Origin: Macrostomum lignano
Lineage: Eukaryota
DNA length: 24,306 nucleotides
NCBI GenBank assembly: GCA_002269645.1
Contig: NIVC01000780.1
Location: forward strand, 1 to 24,306
Reading direction: 5' to 3'
Shown: positions 9,228 through 20,910 of the stretch, piece by piece
How the letters are laid out: each line of letters opens with the position of its first letter
How positions within the stretch are numbered: position 1 is the first letter of the stretch
Translations under genes and position numbers: made by a program
The notes under the pieces: model-generated
The model's input: the letters and a program-made list of their open reading frames with translations, nothing else
Database searches by the model: none
What the model was told of the DNA's origin: nothing

Positions 9228-9884
9228 ATGAAGACGCCCGCTAGCAGTAGTTGCGAAGCCGCGTCACCAAGCACCAGAGAATTCGTCCGCCAGTCATTGC
9301 GCAGCTGCCTGTTGAACACGACACTTCGCGGACCGCGTCGGATTGTCACGTCGGAGTACCGCTACTTGAGCTACTTCTGGACGGTTGTTTGCGGCGGCTC
9401 CCTGTTGCTGCTCACTGTGCACTTTTACCAGCTAGTGCAGACTTACCTGGCCTACCAGACCTACATGCTTCAGACGGATATGACACAGACTAATGCAGCG
9501 AAGTTCCCTACTGAGTTTCCCGACATTGTGATCTGTCCGCACCAGATTTTCTCTACAGCGGCGCTACAATTGTGGATCAACAACACTGTGAACTCGCCGT
9601 GGAAAGTGATTCGCGACTATAAGACCCGAACCAATCGGCACACTGATAAACTGCTCAAATTTTCAGAGACGGATCTCAGAATCCTGTTGGACTCGTTTAA
9701 CTATCCGGCAACGTTGGGTTATTATTTGAACAGTCTCACGGATGAGGAGGTACTGAAGCTGGGCCGAGGCACCGACATGCTGATCGACTGTTCGGTGGCT
9801 ACTAACGGCCGCAGGAGGACTCGGCACAACTGTCCAATCAAGCTGAGCAAAGTTATCTATAGGAAATATTTAGTGTGCCTGCAG
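9228..9884 (+). CDS. DEG/ENaC amiloride-sensitive sodium channel family subunit, coding exon 1
   Basis: Pre-TM1 NTTLRGPRRIV, TM1 YFWTVVCGGSLLLLTVHFYQLVQTYL and post-TM1 FPDIVIC (cf. FPAVTIC). An upstream in-frame TAA (9179) supports this ATG. Donor CAG|GTGAGC at 9885. Probable 79-nt 5'UTR intron 9075-9153. Confidence 0.92.
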
Positions 9885-9973
9885 GTGAGCAGTCAGTTGA
9901 TGGTCCATTGCGCGGCATATTATGCATAGTTAATTTGCTCTTGATTAATTGACTTTAAAACAAGCCTCTAAAC

Positions 9974-10181
9974 CAGGGGTCGGCAAACTTTTATCCCAAA
10001 GGCCAGATAGAGAACCTAGCGCATGACTGCGGGCCAGAGGAGAGGAGAGATGAGATTAGAGAGAATTGAGAGCTGAGAACAGACACGAACCCTGAGCAGG
10101 CGTGATTGCTATTGTGAAGTTTCAGAGGACCCGAGGGCCGGATAGAGAGGCTCATTGCAGGCCAGAGTTTGCCGACCCTTG
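9974..10181. mobile_element. hAT/Charlie-type MITE, about 208 bp
   Basis: TIRs CAGGGGTCGGCAAACT / AGTTTGCCGACCCTTG (15/16). Left flank CTCTAAAC fits the Charlie NTCTAGAN-like target. The right flank is only a degenerate match. Confidence 0.8.
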
Positions 10182-11874
10182 CGTCTTAAAACGAAGCGAC
10201 GTTTCCCATGTTAATTACTCGTAAATTGATAATAAAACTTAATGAGTGACTCTTCAACGCGTCCACTTACATGCACGTCACTCACATGCACGTCACTCAA
10301 AGGCACGAAGACGAATGCGCCATGGGATGCTTGGGGTTGACCCTCATAGCTCGTATTAAGTCGCGTCGCATGTGTAGGTGGGATTTTCTCAGGGTTCAAA
10401 CTACAATCAAATTCAAAATCAAAGTACTTTTTTAGGATTATTAATTTAATTTTTTACAAGCCTGTAAAAAGTGCATGCGCAGCGAATTTGGATGTCTAAA
10501 CACAAATGAAATCCCAAGTATTGCCAAAGGAACTAGTTCTTGGCATTGGAGAGTCTGGGAACGAACGGGAATCCATGGAATGCATTTTGCTGATGTGCGC
10601 GGCTGGCATATTTTTAAGGCTTGGGGGTTGGTTGGGGCTTCCCACTGAGGTGAGGTTGCTGCTAATACCAGCTAGGCTAAAAAATCATTCATCAGAATGG
10701 ACATATAGTCGGTCACACTGTTCCCTATACTGAAAATGTGTGCACTTCAATGATTCCTGTTTCGCATGAATTCATCGAGAGAGACTCCTATTTCCGTTTT
10801 AATTGTGCAGGTCGCTTTCGCCTGCACGTCTACCGGTATAAGGACTGCGATTCCAGTCACTATTTATACCTGTAGGATGCCATTAAATTTACTGAGCTAG
10901 GTGAGGTACCTTGCCTGGGTTCAGAATTCTCTGTAAAGACCCTCAGCAACCTGAGACGAATCAGCATGGTGTTCTGTTTCCTATCGATGAGCTCGAATGT
11001 TATTCGAGACGAGATGAAATTATAGAATTACAGATAATAATCTATGCTAGATTTCCCAACTAAAGAGTTGAGCATGCTGCTCACTGCATCATGATTTCTT
11101 CTCTGGCAATTGGGGAAGGGAATCAACTGAAACAGATCGATTTTATTCGATTAAGTCTACTTGGACACAGCAGACTGACTGCATTAGGGTAGGACGCCGC
11201 AGAATGCGTCGGAGTTATAAAAGTACACAGAAAGTTCTGCACCATTTTGAGAACCGTCTCCACTTTTTGTCGGTTTGAAACTGGGCTGAGTTTAACGCTT
11301 AATGAATAATTATCAACTTTGACTCCGGGGAGTTCAAAATTGACGGCTAATTTGACAGACGGGATCGGGGGGGGGTAATTTTTCTACATAACTTCTAGCT
11401 CCGTTTTCGGAGCGTTTCCAGTTGTATTTTTAGCTCAGTGTTGGTGCTTGACTTTCAATGCGATTAATGGTAATATTTATTTTGACTATATTAGTAGCAA
11501 TGTTGGCTCTGCTGCAGATAATATAGTTTTATAGGCAATGTCAACTCAGCTGCTATGCTACAATAGCTACAACAGTACAGGTTAATATGTAGAACGCTGG
11601 AAAGTTTATGCATTTTGGCCTCCTTCAGGACTTTAAATTGTGAATATAACAGGTTTATCTTTATGATTTGTTTATCTGTCTGACCCTATAGCCCTCTAAG
11701 ATATTCTCCAGCTATTTCTTTCTTTGTTAGAGAATGCTTTTCATCAATATAAAAGGCTTTTTCCAGCCGATTTTGTCCGTGGCAAACCTCGCCAGTTAGC
11801 ACAACTAAAAATTAGGCGAATCTTTCGGAAATTCGTTTAGAGAGAAGGGAACTGAGAAAAGACACAAATATTGA

Positions 11875-11957
11875 TCGGGCCGGATTGCTGTGGAGTTTCA
11901 AAGGACCAGAGGGCCGGATGGAGAGGCTTCGCGAGCCTCTGTTTTTTCCGACCCCTG
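11875..11957. mobile_element. Partial second copy (right end) of the 9974-10181 MITE
   Basis: GGATTGCTGTGGAGTTTCAAAGGACCAGAGGGCCGGATGGAGAGGC...CCGACCCCTG aligns to about 10103-10181 and is followed by CTCTATAC. Left TIR not found. Confidence 0.7.
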
Positions 11958-12063
11958 CTCTATACTCTAGTATACAGCTAGTTTTTAACACTCTTTTTGT
12001 GGCAAAATTTAGTCCAATATTCGATATATGTCAGATCAAAATACATGCCAATCAAATATGCAG

Positions 12064-12328
12064 GTGACGGTGGATCAGAACGTGTCGCACAGCACGCACG
12101 AGGTGAATCTGTTCCTCGATTCCGGGCCTCGATGGGAGTCGCTGAGCTCGGAGTTCATGCACCAGATGGTGTCCTTCATGCAGGACTATGAGCAGCTGGG
12201 CAGTGGCTTCACCCTGTGGCTTAAACAGCCTGGCAGGCCGTTCGACTCGCTGTCTAAAAGGATTTACCTACAGCCCGGCAGAGTCAGCCGGGTCACGTTC
12301 AAGGAGAGGATCGAGCTTAAAGTGCAAG
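12064..12328 (+). CDS. DEG/ENaC subunit, coding exon 2
   Basis: Acceptor TGCAG ends 12063 (phase 0). Reads VTVDQ...EVNLFLD...GFTLWLKQPG...IYLQPGRVSRVTF, resembling the ENaC GxxxxxHxxx...xxxxxPG beta strands. Donor AAG|GTGACT at 12329 (phase 1). Confidence 0.88.
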
Positions 12329-12446
12329 GTGACTATTGTGTACCGTTTCAACTATAGAAAATTTCAACAACATCTCCAACTAAACTGTTTACATGTAGAG
12401 CAAGCTGTCACTAAAGATTTGTTTGTGTTCTTTGGGACATCTGTTT

Positions 12447-13158
12447 GGTGCTAAAGCCCCTGGTGCTAAAGCCCCTGGTGCTAAAGCCCCTGGTGCTAAA
12501 GCCGCTGGTGCTAAAGCCCCTGGTGCTAAAGCCGCTGGTGCTAAAGCCCCTGGTGCTAAAGCCCCTCGTGCTAAAGCTCCTGGTGCTAAAGCCCCCCATG
12601 CTAAAGCCCCTCATGCTAAAGCCCCTGGTGCTAAAGCCCCTGGTGCTAAAGCCCCTGGTGCTAAAGCCCCTTTTGCTAAAGTTCCTGGTGCTAAAGCCCC
12701 TGGTGCTAAAGCCGCTGGTGCTAAAGCCCCTAGTGCTAAAGCCCCTCGTGCTAAAGCCGCTGGTGCTAAAGCCCCCCATGCTAAAGCCCCTCATGCTAAA
12801 GCCCCTGGTGCTAAAGCCCCTGGTGCTAAAGCCGCTGGTGCTAAAGCCCCTGGTGCTAAAGCCCCTCGTGCTAAAGCCGCTGGTGCTAAAGCCCCTCATG
12901 CTAAAGCCCCTGGTGCTAAAGCCCCTGGTGCTAAAGCCCCTCATGCTAAAGCCCCTGGTGCTAAAGCCCCTCATGCTAAAGCCCCTCATGCTAAAGCCCC
13001 TGGTGCTAAAGCCCCTCGTGCTAAAGCCGCTGGTGCTAAAGCCCCTCATGCTAAAGCCCCTGGTGCTAAAGCCCCTGGTGCTAAAGCCCCTCATGCTAAA
13101 GCCCCTGGTGCTAAAGCCCCTCATGCTAAAGCCCCTCATGCTAAAGCCCCTGGTGCTA
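12447..13158. repeat. Intronic minisatellite, 15-bp unit GGTGCTAAAGCCCCT, about 47 copies
   Basis: Read directly; substitution variants only. Lies in ENaC intron 2 (12329-13981). Confidence 0.97.
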
Positions 13159-13459
13159 TAGTCAGGCTTTTGCCGAAATGTCTAGCGCACATGCTGTTAT
13201 TCACTAGCCACTTTTATACGTGTGTACTTTTTCGACTGTAATGAGCAGAATTCCCCCAAAGGAGGGGCGTGCAGTAAGTCGTATTGACCAGTTGTTTAGT
13301 GTCTTCTTTTCTTTTCCAATTGCTGCTAATCCTATAGGCTATCTTTATAAGCTGCAAAAAAAGAATTTACCTTCAGATAAAAATAGGCTACAGCATGCAG
13401 TTTCAGTAGCAGAGTCTGTATTTTTTTATTTATATTACAATTTTATAAGAGCCTTATAG

Positions 13460-13610
13460 TTGGGGGACCGAGTACCCGGGTTCGAATCTGTGTGGATTAC
13501 GGCACACGGTGCACATGCCTAACGATAAGAAAGTCAGGGCCGCTGTACACCCTGTGTGAGCGTGTGCGTGGTGATGGATCAGCGGGTTGACTGCCTTGAT
13601 TTTGTCTTGC
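13460..13610 (+). mobile_element. Possible truncated tRNA-derived SINE
   Basis: Pol III B-box GGTTCGAATC at 13479-13488. A 26-nt core at 13541-13566 is 25/26 identical to 8544-8569. No convincing A-box. Confidence 0.35.
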
Positions 13611-13834
13611 GATAGCGGCCGAATATCGAAAGGAAAATCTGACCTCGATCCGTTCAAAATTTTTTCTTTGTATTTGATCAGGTGAAATTTTAGCTTCAAT
13701 TCACTAATCACAGTGCGAGCTAGTCAAGGTTTATATTCACCTTGATCCGAAAAGTGCAGCCCCCCAATTTGGATTTTAGTTGGCTTACAATTTCTCAGGA
13801 AAAATTACCTCAATATGAGTCACTAGATGATAGT

Positions 13835-13921
13835 GAAAGTGTCAGAACAGAAAGTGTCATAACAGAAAGTGTCAGAACAGAAAGTGTCAGAACGGAAATT
13901 GTCAGAAAACGAAAGTGTCAG
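13835..13921. repeat. Short 15-bp tandem repeat GAAAGTGTCAGAACA, about 6 copies
   Basis: Read directly. Confidence 0.9.
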
Positions 13922-13981
13922 GATTCGAGCTGTCGGTAGTACCAGCGCATGAAGCCAGCTCACCCCAATTCCCTATTCCAG

Positions 13982-14226
13982 GCCCATACCCGGGCAGCTG
14001 TGATCCCAGCACTGACTACTCGCAGCAGCAGTGCAGCCTGGCCGCATTCGTCCGCCACGTGCAGCGCCAATGCAGGTGCAATTATTACGAAGAGCGTTCG
14101 CACTGGGAGCCGCAGCTGCCGCACTGCACCGAACTGTTGGACAATCTGACTGAATCTCTGATGCAGATCCGATGTGTTGATCAAGTTGAGCACAGCTACA
14201 CTACCCGGCTGGCAAATCCTTGTCCA
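13982..14226 (+). CDS. DEG/ENaC subunit, coding exon 3 (Cys-rich thumb)
   Basis: Acceptor TTCCAG ends 13981 (phase 1). Reads GPYPGSCDP...YSQQQC...QCRC...HC...RC...NPCP. Donor CCA|GTTGAG at 14227 gives CP|VPC with the next exon. Confidence 0.9.
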
Positions 14227-14581
14227 GTTGAGTGCCGTCAACCTCTGCTGATTCTATTAATAATCGATAATTTGATACTTTTAAATGAGGAAATTATCAG
14301 GCTAGAAGTGAATCAATTAAAGTCGTAGATCTGAGCAAGTTACGAGTAGAAGGGTTGCAATTTCTTGGTCTGCCCCGGCTAGAGATCTAGATAGGTTGGT
14401 GGTCTGAACCAATCAGAATGAACTACGAGCGTATATGTTCTAAACCAATTAAAACACTTAAAGATCTGAGCCAATTAAACTGGGTAGTCAATTAAACAAA
14501 GTTCTGAACCAATTAAAATTCGAGGATTGCAGATCTGTAGGCCAATCAGATAAAAAAAGAGAATACAAAAATCTTTTCCAG

Positions 14582-14709
14582 GTGCCTTGCCGGAGACATT
14601 TATTCAACATGGATGTCAGCAGCGCAGACTTGGACTTGCCGCGCTGGTTTCTCTGCTTTTTACAGCGGCCAATTTTTCAGAATCTCAACACCAGCAATTC
14701 TTTGCACAA
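14582..14709 (+). CDS. DEG/ENaC subunit, coding exon 4
   Basis: Acceptor TTTTCCAG ends 14581. Reads VPCRRHLFNMDVSS... Donor AA|GTGAGT at 14710 (phase 2). Not annotated in this frame by the ORF track. Confidence 0.85.
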
Positions 14710-14721
14710 GTGAGTTGAATT

Positions 14722-15046
<325 letters not shown>

Positions 15047-15072
15047 TGCAGCCATCCCCAACCCCTCCCCAG

Positions 15073-15505
15073 CTGCCTGGACAACATGAGTCGGTGCAGT
15101 GAATACGCCACTCAGCTGGTTCGCTACGTGAGCTCAACAGAGGACAACCTGACCGCGGTGAACCAGGTGCTGGACAACTGCAACTTGTCGCTATTTGTCA
15201 ATGTGCCCCTCAACCAGGTGGTCAGTGTGGTTCTGTACCGCGACGGCGACCTACCTGTTGTGCTTCGTCAGCAGTACATCGTCACGCCTTCATTGCTATT
15301 CAGTCAAATCGGTGGCGCCTCCAGCCTCTACCTGGGCCTGTCGCTCACCTTCTTTGCCGAGATTATCGACTGGCTGGCCAGGTTAATTATGCACTGGATG
15401 CGGCCTTCGGGCAAGGCCACCGCTGCACAGCAGGGGGCCGATGTGAGTGCCGCAGCTATGATAGGCTTAACTATTGCAGATGACACTGTAGCAGCGGACT
15501 TGTAG
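15073..15505 (+). CDS. DEG/ENaC subunit, coding exon 5 (TM2 and C-tail)
   Basis: Acceptor CCCCAG ends 15072 (phase 2). TM2 LFSQIGGASSLYLGLSLTFFAEIIDW corresponds to (G)DIGGxxGLxxGxS...E. The five exons sum to 1728 nt = 575 aa + stop. Confidence 0.92.
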
Positions 15506-15607
15506 TGACAGTGCAGCATTCTGCTATTCATACAGATTACCATGTTATATGCTCTATTTGAGCTGGCTTGTTGTATTGCTTCAACATGTAGTTCATGCTA
15601 CATGCAT

Positions 15608-15860
15608 GGTTTTGAGGTCTGGGGTGCTCGGGTTTTGAGTCTGGGGTGCTCGGGTTTAAAGTCTGGGGTGCTCGGGCTTTGAGTCTGGGGTGCTCGGGCT
15701 TAAAGTCTGGGGTGCTCGGGTTTTGAGTCTGGGGTGCTCGGGTTTTGAGTCAGGGGTGCTCGGGTTTAAAGTCAGGGGTGCTCGGGTTTTAAGTCTGGGG
15801 TGCTTGGGTTTTGAGTCTGGGGTGCTCGGGTTTTGAGTCTGGGGTGCTTGGGTTTTGAGG
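15608..15860. repeat. G-rich minisatellite, 22-bp unit CTGGGGTGCTCGGGTTTTGAGT, about 11 copies, probably in the ENaC 3'UTR
   Basis: Read directly. The first AATAAA after the stop is at 15996. Confidence 0.95.
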
Positions 15861-16466
15861 TGTGGAATGTTCAGATGGTGAAATGTCAAGGGTTTTTCGA
15901 TGCAGTTAATTATATTTTTCACTTCTTGCCTTCTTTTTCTGTCTTATTTGTTATTCATTGCGCTTATTCAAGGGAATAACTGTCAATGTAATGTAAATAA
16001 AATATAACTTTTAACTTGTTATCATATTAATCATATTCATATTCCCAAGTCATTCAAGTAAGTTTCTTAGCATGAATTGGTTATGTCCCATAGAGTCAAT
16101 GCCTGTGTTCATGCCTGGGTGGCATGATGCACTTGATCTAAAAAGTGTCAAAGCTTTTTTAAACAAGATTATTTGTCACTGATAAGAAATGCAGCTGTTG
16201 GCTCTGAACTTATCACGCCACTGCCTCATGCTGATTAGAGAATTGATTGACAAGGTCAACCTTTGTTGTTCGCCATGTTATTTAGCCCGCTTAAAAAATA
16301 GCGGTTGTCAGTCATTGTTGCAATCTTGACAAAACATGGCTAGCTTTTTCCGCTATCTCTGAACCGAGTGGCTCATTTAGTTTTTTTAATGCGAATATTT
16401 TTTCTCTGCGCAGCTGAGACCGCCTTCATTGTAGAAGTTCATCGAGTAGTGTGATAACGCACTGGG

Positions 16467-16595
16467 TATAAAATACTGGCAGCCAACGCCGCTATAAAAT
16501 CCAGTCCCCTGGTCCCAGACAGCGGAAGACTAAACAACTGCTTTACGGCTTGCCTGTTTGTAAAATATTTCTGCTTTTGTACTTTGCACTTCCAG
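16467..16595 (+). promoter_or_regulatory. Probable USP core promoter and non-coding first exon
   Basis: Two TATAAAA boxes (16467 and 16493), a strong donor CAG|GTGAGT at 16596 and an acceptor CCCACAG ending 18833, 28 nt before the USP ATG. Confidence 0.55.
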
Positions 16596-16727
16596 GTGAG
16601 TAGTAGGAAACTGCTTCTCTTCTGAGCATTTTAATACTGGCATTGATGCACTTTGTAGACAGTTATACAGAAATGTCTCCTTGTCATGTACCTGGAGATT
16701 TCTGATTGCTTGTTTTGCCTGCATCAT

Positions 16728-18757
16728 CAATCCGTCTCCCTTCAATCCGTCTCCCTTCAATCCGTCTCCCTTCAATCCGTCTCTTCAATCCGTCTCCCTT
16801 CAATCCGTCTCCCTTCAATCCGTCTCCCTTCAATCCGTCTCCCTTCAATCCGTCTCCCTTCAATCCGTCTCCCTTCAATCCGTCTCCCTTCAATCCGTCT
16901 CCCTTCAATCCGTCTCCCTTCAATCCGTCTCCCTTCAATCCGTCTCCCTTCAATCCGTCTCCCTTCAATCCGTCTCCCTTCAATCCGTCTCCCTTCAATC
17001 CGTCTCCCTTCAATCCGTCTCCCTTCAATCGTCTCCCTTCAATCGTCTCCCTTCAATCCGTCTCCCTTCAATCCGTCTCCCTTCAATCGTCTCCCTTCAA
17101 TCCGTCTCCCTTCAATCCGTCTCCCTTCAATCCGTCTCCCTTCAATCCGTCTCCCTTCAATCCGTCTCCCTTCAATCGGTCTCCCTTCAATCCGTCTCCC
17201 TTCAATCCGTCTCCCTTCAATCGTCTCCCTTCAATCCGTCTCCCTTCAATCCGTCTCCCTTCAATCCGTCTCCCTTCAATCAGTCTCCCTTCAATCCGTC
17301 TCCCTTCAATCCGTCTCCCTTCAATCGGTCTCCCTTCAATCCGTCTCCCTGCAATCCGTCTCCCTTCAATCCGTCTCCCTGCAATCCGTCTCCCTTCAAT
17401 CCGTCTCCCTGCAATCCGTCTCCCTTCAATCCGTCTCCCTGCAATCCGTCTCCCTTCAATCCGTCTCCCTTCAATCGTCTCCCTTCAATCGTCTCCCTTC
17501 AATCCGTCTCCCTTCAATCAGTCTCCCTTCAATCCGTCTCCCTTCAATCCGTCTCCCTTCAATCCGTCTCCCTTCAATCCGTCTCCCTTCAATCCGTCTC
17601 CCTTCAATCCGTCTCCCTTCAATCCGTCTCCCTTCAATCCGTCTCCCTTCAATCGTCTCCCTTCAATCCGGCTCCCTTCAATCCGTCTCCCTTCAATCCG
17701 TCTCCCTGCAATCCGTCTCCCTTCAATCCGTCTCCCTGCAATCCGTCTCCCTTCAATCCGTCTCCCTTCAATCAGTCTCCCTTCAATCGTCTCCCTTCAA
17801 TCCGTCTCCCTTCAATCAGTCTCCCTTCAATCCGTCTCCCTTCAATCCGTCTCCCTTCAATCCGTCTCCCTTCAATCCGTCTCCCTTCAATCCGTCTCCC
17901 TTCAATCAGTCTCCCTTCAATCCGTCTCCCTTCAATCCGTCTCCCTTCAATCGGTCTCCCTTCAATCCGTCTCCCTGCAATCCGTCTCCCTTCAATCCGT
18001 CTCCCTTCAATCCGTCTCCCTTCAATCCGTCTCCCTGCAATCCGTCTCCCTTCAATCCGTCTCCCTTCAATCCGTCTCCCTTCAATCCGTCTCCCTTCAA
18101 TCAGTCTCCCTTCAATCGTCTCCCTTCAATCCGTCTCCCTTCAATCAGTCTCCCTTCAATCCGTCTCCCTTCAATCCGTCTCCCTTCAATCCGTCTCCCT
18201 TCAATCCGTCTCCCTTCAATCCGTCTCCCTTCAATCAGTCTCCCTTCAATCCGTCTCCCTTCAATCCGTCTCCCTTCAATCCGTCTCCCTTCAATCCGTC
18301 TCCCTTCAATCCGTCTCCCTTCAATCCGTCTCCCTTCAATCCGTCTCCCTTCAATCCGTCTCCCTTCAATCCGTCTCCCTTCAATCAGTCTCCCTTCAAT
18401 CCGTCTCCCTTCAATCCGTCTCCCTTCAATCAGTCTCCCTTCAATCCGTCTCCCTTCAATCCGTCTCCCTTCAATCCGTCTCCCTTCAATCCGTCTCCCT
18501 TCAATCCGTCTCCCTTCAATCCGTCTCCCTTCAATCCGTCTCCCTTCAATCCGTCTCCCTTCAATCCGTCTCCCTTCAATCCGTCTCCCTTCAATCAGTC
18601 TCCCTTCAATCCGTCTCCCTTCAATCCGTCTCCCTTCAATCCGTCTCCCTTCAATCCGTCTCCCTTCAATCCGTCTCCCTTCAATCCGTCTCCCTTCAAT
18701 CCATCTCCCTTCAATCAGTCTCCCTTCAATCCATCTCCCTTCAATCCCTCTCCCTGC
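16728..18757. repeat. Large minisatellite, 15-bp unit CAATCCGTCTCCCTT, about 135 copies, in the putative USP 5'UTR intron
   Basis: Read directly. Recurrent variants include a 14-bp deletion unit, CAATCAG and CTGCAATC. Confidence 0.98.
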
Positions 18758-18861
18758 AGCCCCACTCCCTAATTCGTATTCTTGCAATCCCCCTAAAAAA
18801 AATCACCAGTCTTCCCACTCCTCGATCCCACAGCGAATTCCCACCATCAACAATTTAAGTC

Positions 18862-19091
18862 ATGCCGAACAAGAAGTCGCCGCAGCGCCGAATTCTAATT
18901 GCAATGGACGGCAGTCTGTACAGCCGTCGAGCTCTCGAGTGGTACTCGGAGTTTCTGGACCGGCCGGGGGACTACCTGGTGTTCGTGTACGTGGCCGAGC
19001 CGCCGCCTGTTGGTGTGGGCGACGGTATGGGCATGATCAGGTCCGCTGAGCTGTTTCAAAAACGGCTGGAAGCCATGGTGGAGCGAGCCAG
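18862..19091 (+). CDS. Universal stress protein (UspA family), coding exon 1
   Basis: RRILIAMDGSLYSRRALEW...LVFVYV is the USP N-terminal strand-helix-strand. Donor CAG|GTGCGT at 19092 (phase 2). Confidence 0.93.
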
Positions 19092-19165
19092 GTGCGTGTT
19101 ATCGGATATCTATATATCAGTCATAGTTTTCCCCACGGTAATAAATTTAATAGGGGAGGTCACTG

Positions 19166-19510
19166 CTCCCTACATTCCTAACTCCCTACATTCCTAACTT
19201 CCTACATTCCTAACTCCCTACATTCCTACCCCCTACATTCCTACTCCCTACAGTCCTACTCCCTACATGTCTACTCCCTACACTCCTACTCCCTACATTC
19301 CTAACTCCCTACGTACATTCCTACTCCCTTACATTCCTAATCCCTAGCTACATTCCTACTCCCTACATTCCTACTCCCTGCATTCCTACTCCCTGCAGTC
19401 CTACTCCCTACATTCCTACTCCCTGCAGTCCTACTCCCTACATTCCTACTCCCTGCAGTTCTACTCCCTGCAGTTCTACTCCCTACATTCCTACTCCCTA
19501 CATTCCTACT
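19166..19510. repeat. Intronic minisatellite, about 15-bp unit CTACTCCCTACATTC, about 23 copies
   Basis: Read directly; lies in USP intron 19092-19521. Confidence 0.95.
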
Positions 19511-19521
19511 GCCTCTTCCAG

Positions 19522-19912
19522 GCAGATGGCCACCCTGCTAGATGAGAAATGCGTCCAGCTGGGCATCAGCCGGCCCTACAAATTTGTCGAATGCTTCGCT
19601 TCCAATGTTGGAGCTGCCATAATCAGCTTAGCCGAGCAGGAGTCCGTCAGCTTGATTCTGATGGGCAATCGAGGAGCGAACTCTCTGCGTAGGACCTTCC
19701 TGGGCAGTGTGTCTTCCTACGTGCTGCATCATTCCTCAATTGCCGTCATCATTGCACCGTTGAAGCCGGAGCCGCGGAACTCGCTGGCCAGTACAGACAC
19801 GAGCTGGACAACTTCAACTGGCTCACAGTTGTCCATCACCACTCTGTCAGCTGATGATTCCATTGATGATGATGGTGCGATTGCATCGACTGCCAATGCT
19901 CGGGCTTGCTGA
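19522..19912 (+). CDS. Universal stress protein, coding exon 2
   Basis: Acceptor CTTCCAG ends 19521. LILMGNRGANSLRRTFLGSVSSYVLHHS carries the G-2x-G-9x-GS ATP-binding motif. Total 621 nt = 206 aa + stop. AATAAA at 19992 and 20104. Confidence 0.93.
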
Positions 19913-20707
19913 GCGCAAAATCCTATAATGTATATGGACGCTAATAAGCTGCACGTACTGCTATGCATGTAGCTAAGAAATGTTTGCTATAAATAAACAT
20001 TTACATGTCGGATACACAACATATTCTGTAAATATATGCATTATGCAATTTCTTGAAAATGAACTTCTTCAAACAATACTTTTATGATACAATTATCAAT
20101 TCTAATAAAAATGTTTTTGCATGATGATTTACACATGGGGAACTCCAACGCTACATGCGAAATTGACTTGTACACCTGGATCGAATCATCGAGCTACGTT
20201 GGTAGTATGACCTTCAGCATGTGTACACTGTAAATTGCATAAGGTCATGATTAGAGAAAAAAAGCTTTTACTAGACTGGTGATCAAATTGCACGAGCGTT
20301 ATACATGTTGCTCGACTCGAGAAATTTTTGCCTAGTTTCATCTAAGTGTTATTTTGCTACTCAGAAGAATTAAGTAGTAAAATAGGGAAAAACTAAGGGT
20401 CTACTGCAGCTATTCAGAAATTGCATAAAGTTATAAAGTTCAGCCTACAAAATATATATGTTTGATATCAGATCGAGTTGCAGAGTCCTTAAGTAGTCAT
20501 TGTTTCTGCTTCCGATGATTGCGTATACATAGAAGTGCTCGTATGATAAAAATTTTCAGCATTGACTAATTTGGCTAATAAATTAAATTAAGAAATCGGT
20601 TCCACCGAGTCCTGGCTGCTGCATGCTTAATTAGTTGAATTATGCCTAAAAAATGCACTCTGACCAAATATTTAATAAAATCAAGTAAATGAAGCGTATT
20701 TCTTGTT

Positions 20708-20910
20708 CAGAGGCGGATTTAGAAATATAAAATTGGGGGCGGATTTTTACCATAAAAGTGGGGCGTCAAAATGTACACGAGAGGGGCGCCATGATATAGC
20801 CGAGAGGGTGCCATGCTGAGCAAATAGAGGGCGGTGAGGACCTTTTTTAGCCTAAAGGAAAAGGGGCACTATCATCGCCAACCACAAGGGGAGCGGCCCG
20901 CGCCCTTGTT
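20708..20910. mobile_element. Possible MITE left end (GC-rich, GGGGCG-type repeats)
   Basis: Abrupt GC-rich patch starting CAGAGGCGGATTT, with repeated GGGGCG/GAGGG motifs. No matching right TIR or TSD found. Confidence 0.3.

Noticed and set aside
12411-13241. AKAPG/VLKPL/RGFST repeat ORFs resembling histone H1 or collagen-like proteins
   Set aside because: They lie inside ENaC intron 2, whose flanking exons join in frame, and are open on both strands.
13479-13488. tRNA gene
   Set aside because: Only a B-box is present; no cloverleaf or properly spaced A-box.
16681-19049. Long ORFs of 688-787 aa (SVSLQ/IRLPS/PSPFN repeats) and their minus-strand counterparts
   Set aside because: They are translations of a stop-free 15-bp minisatellite, open in several frames at once, with frameshifting 14-bp units. 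The array lies in a putative 5'UTR intron.
19166-19510. Interstitial telomeric repeat (TAGGG on the minus strand)
   Set aside because: The unit is about 15 bp (TAGGGAGTAGGAATG), not tandem TTAGGG.
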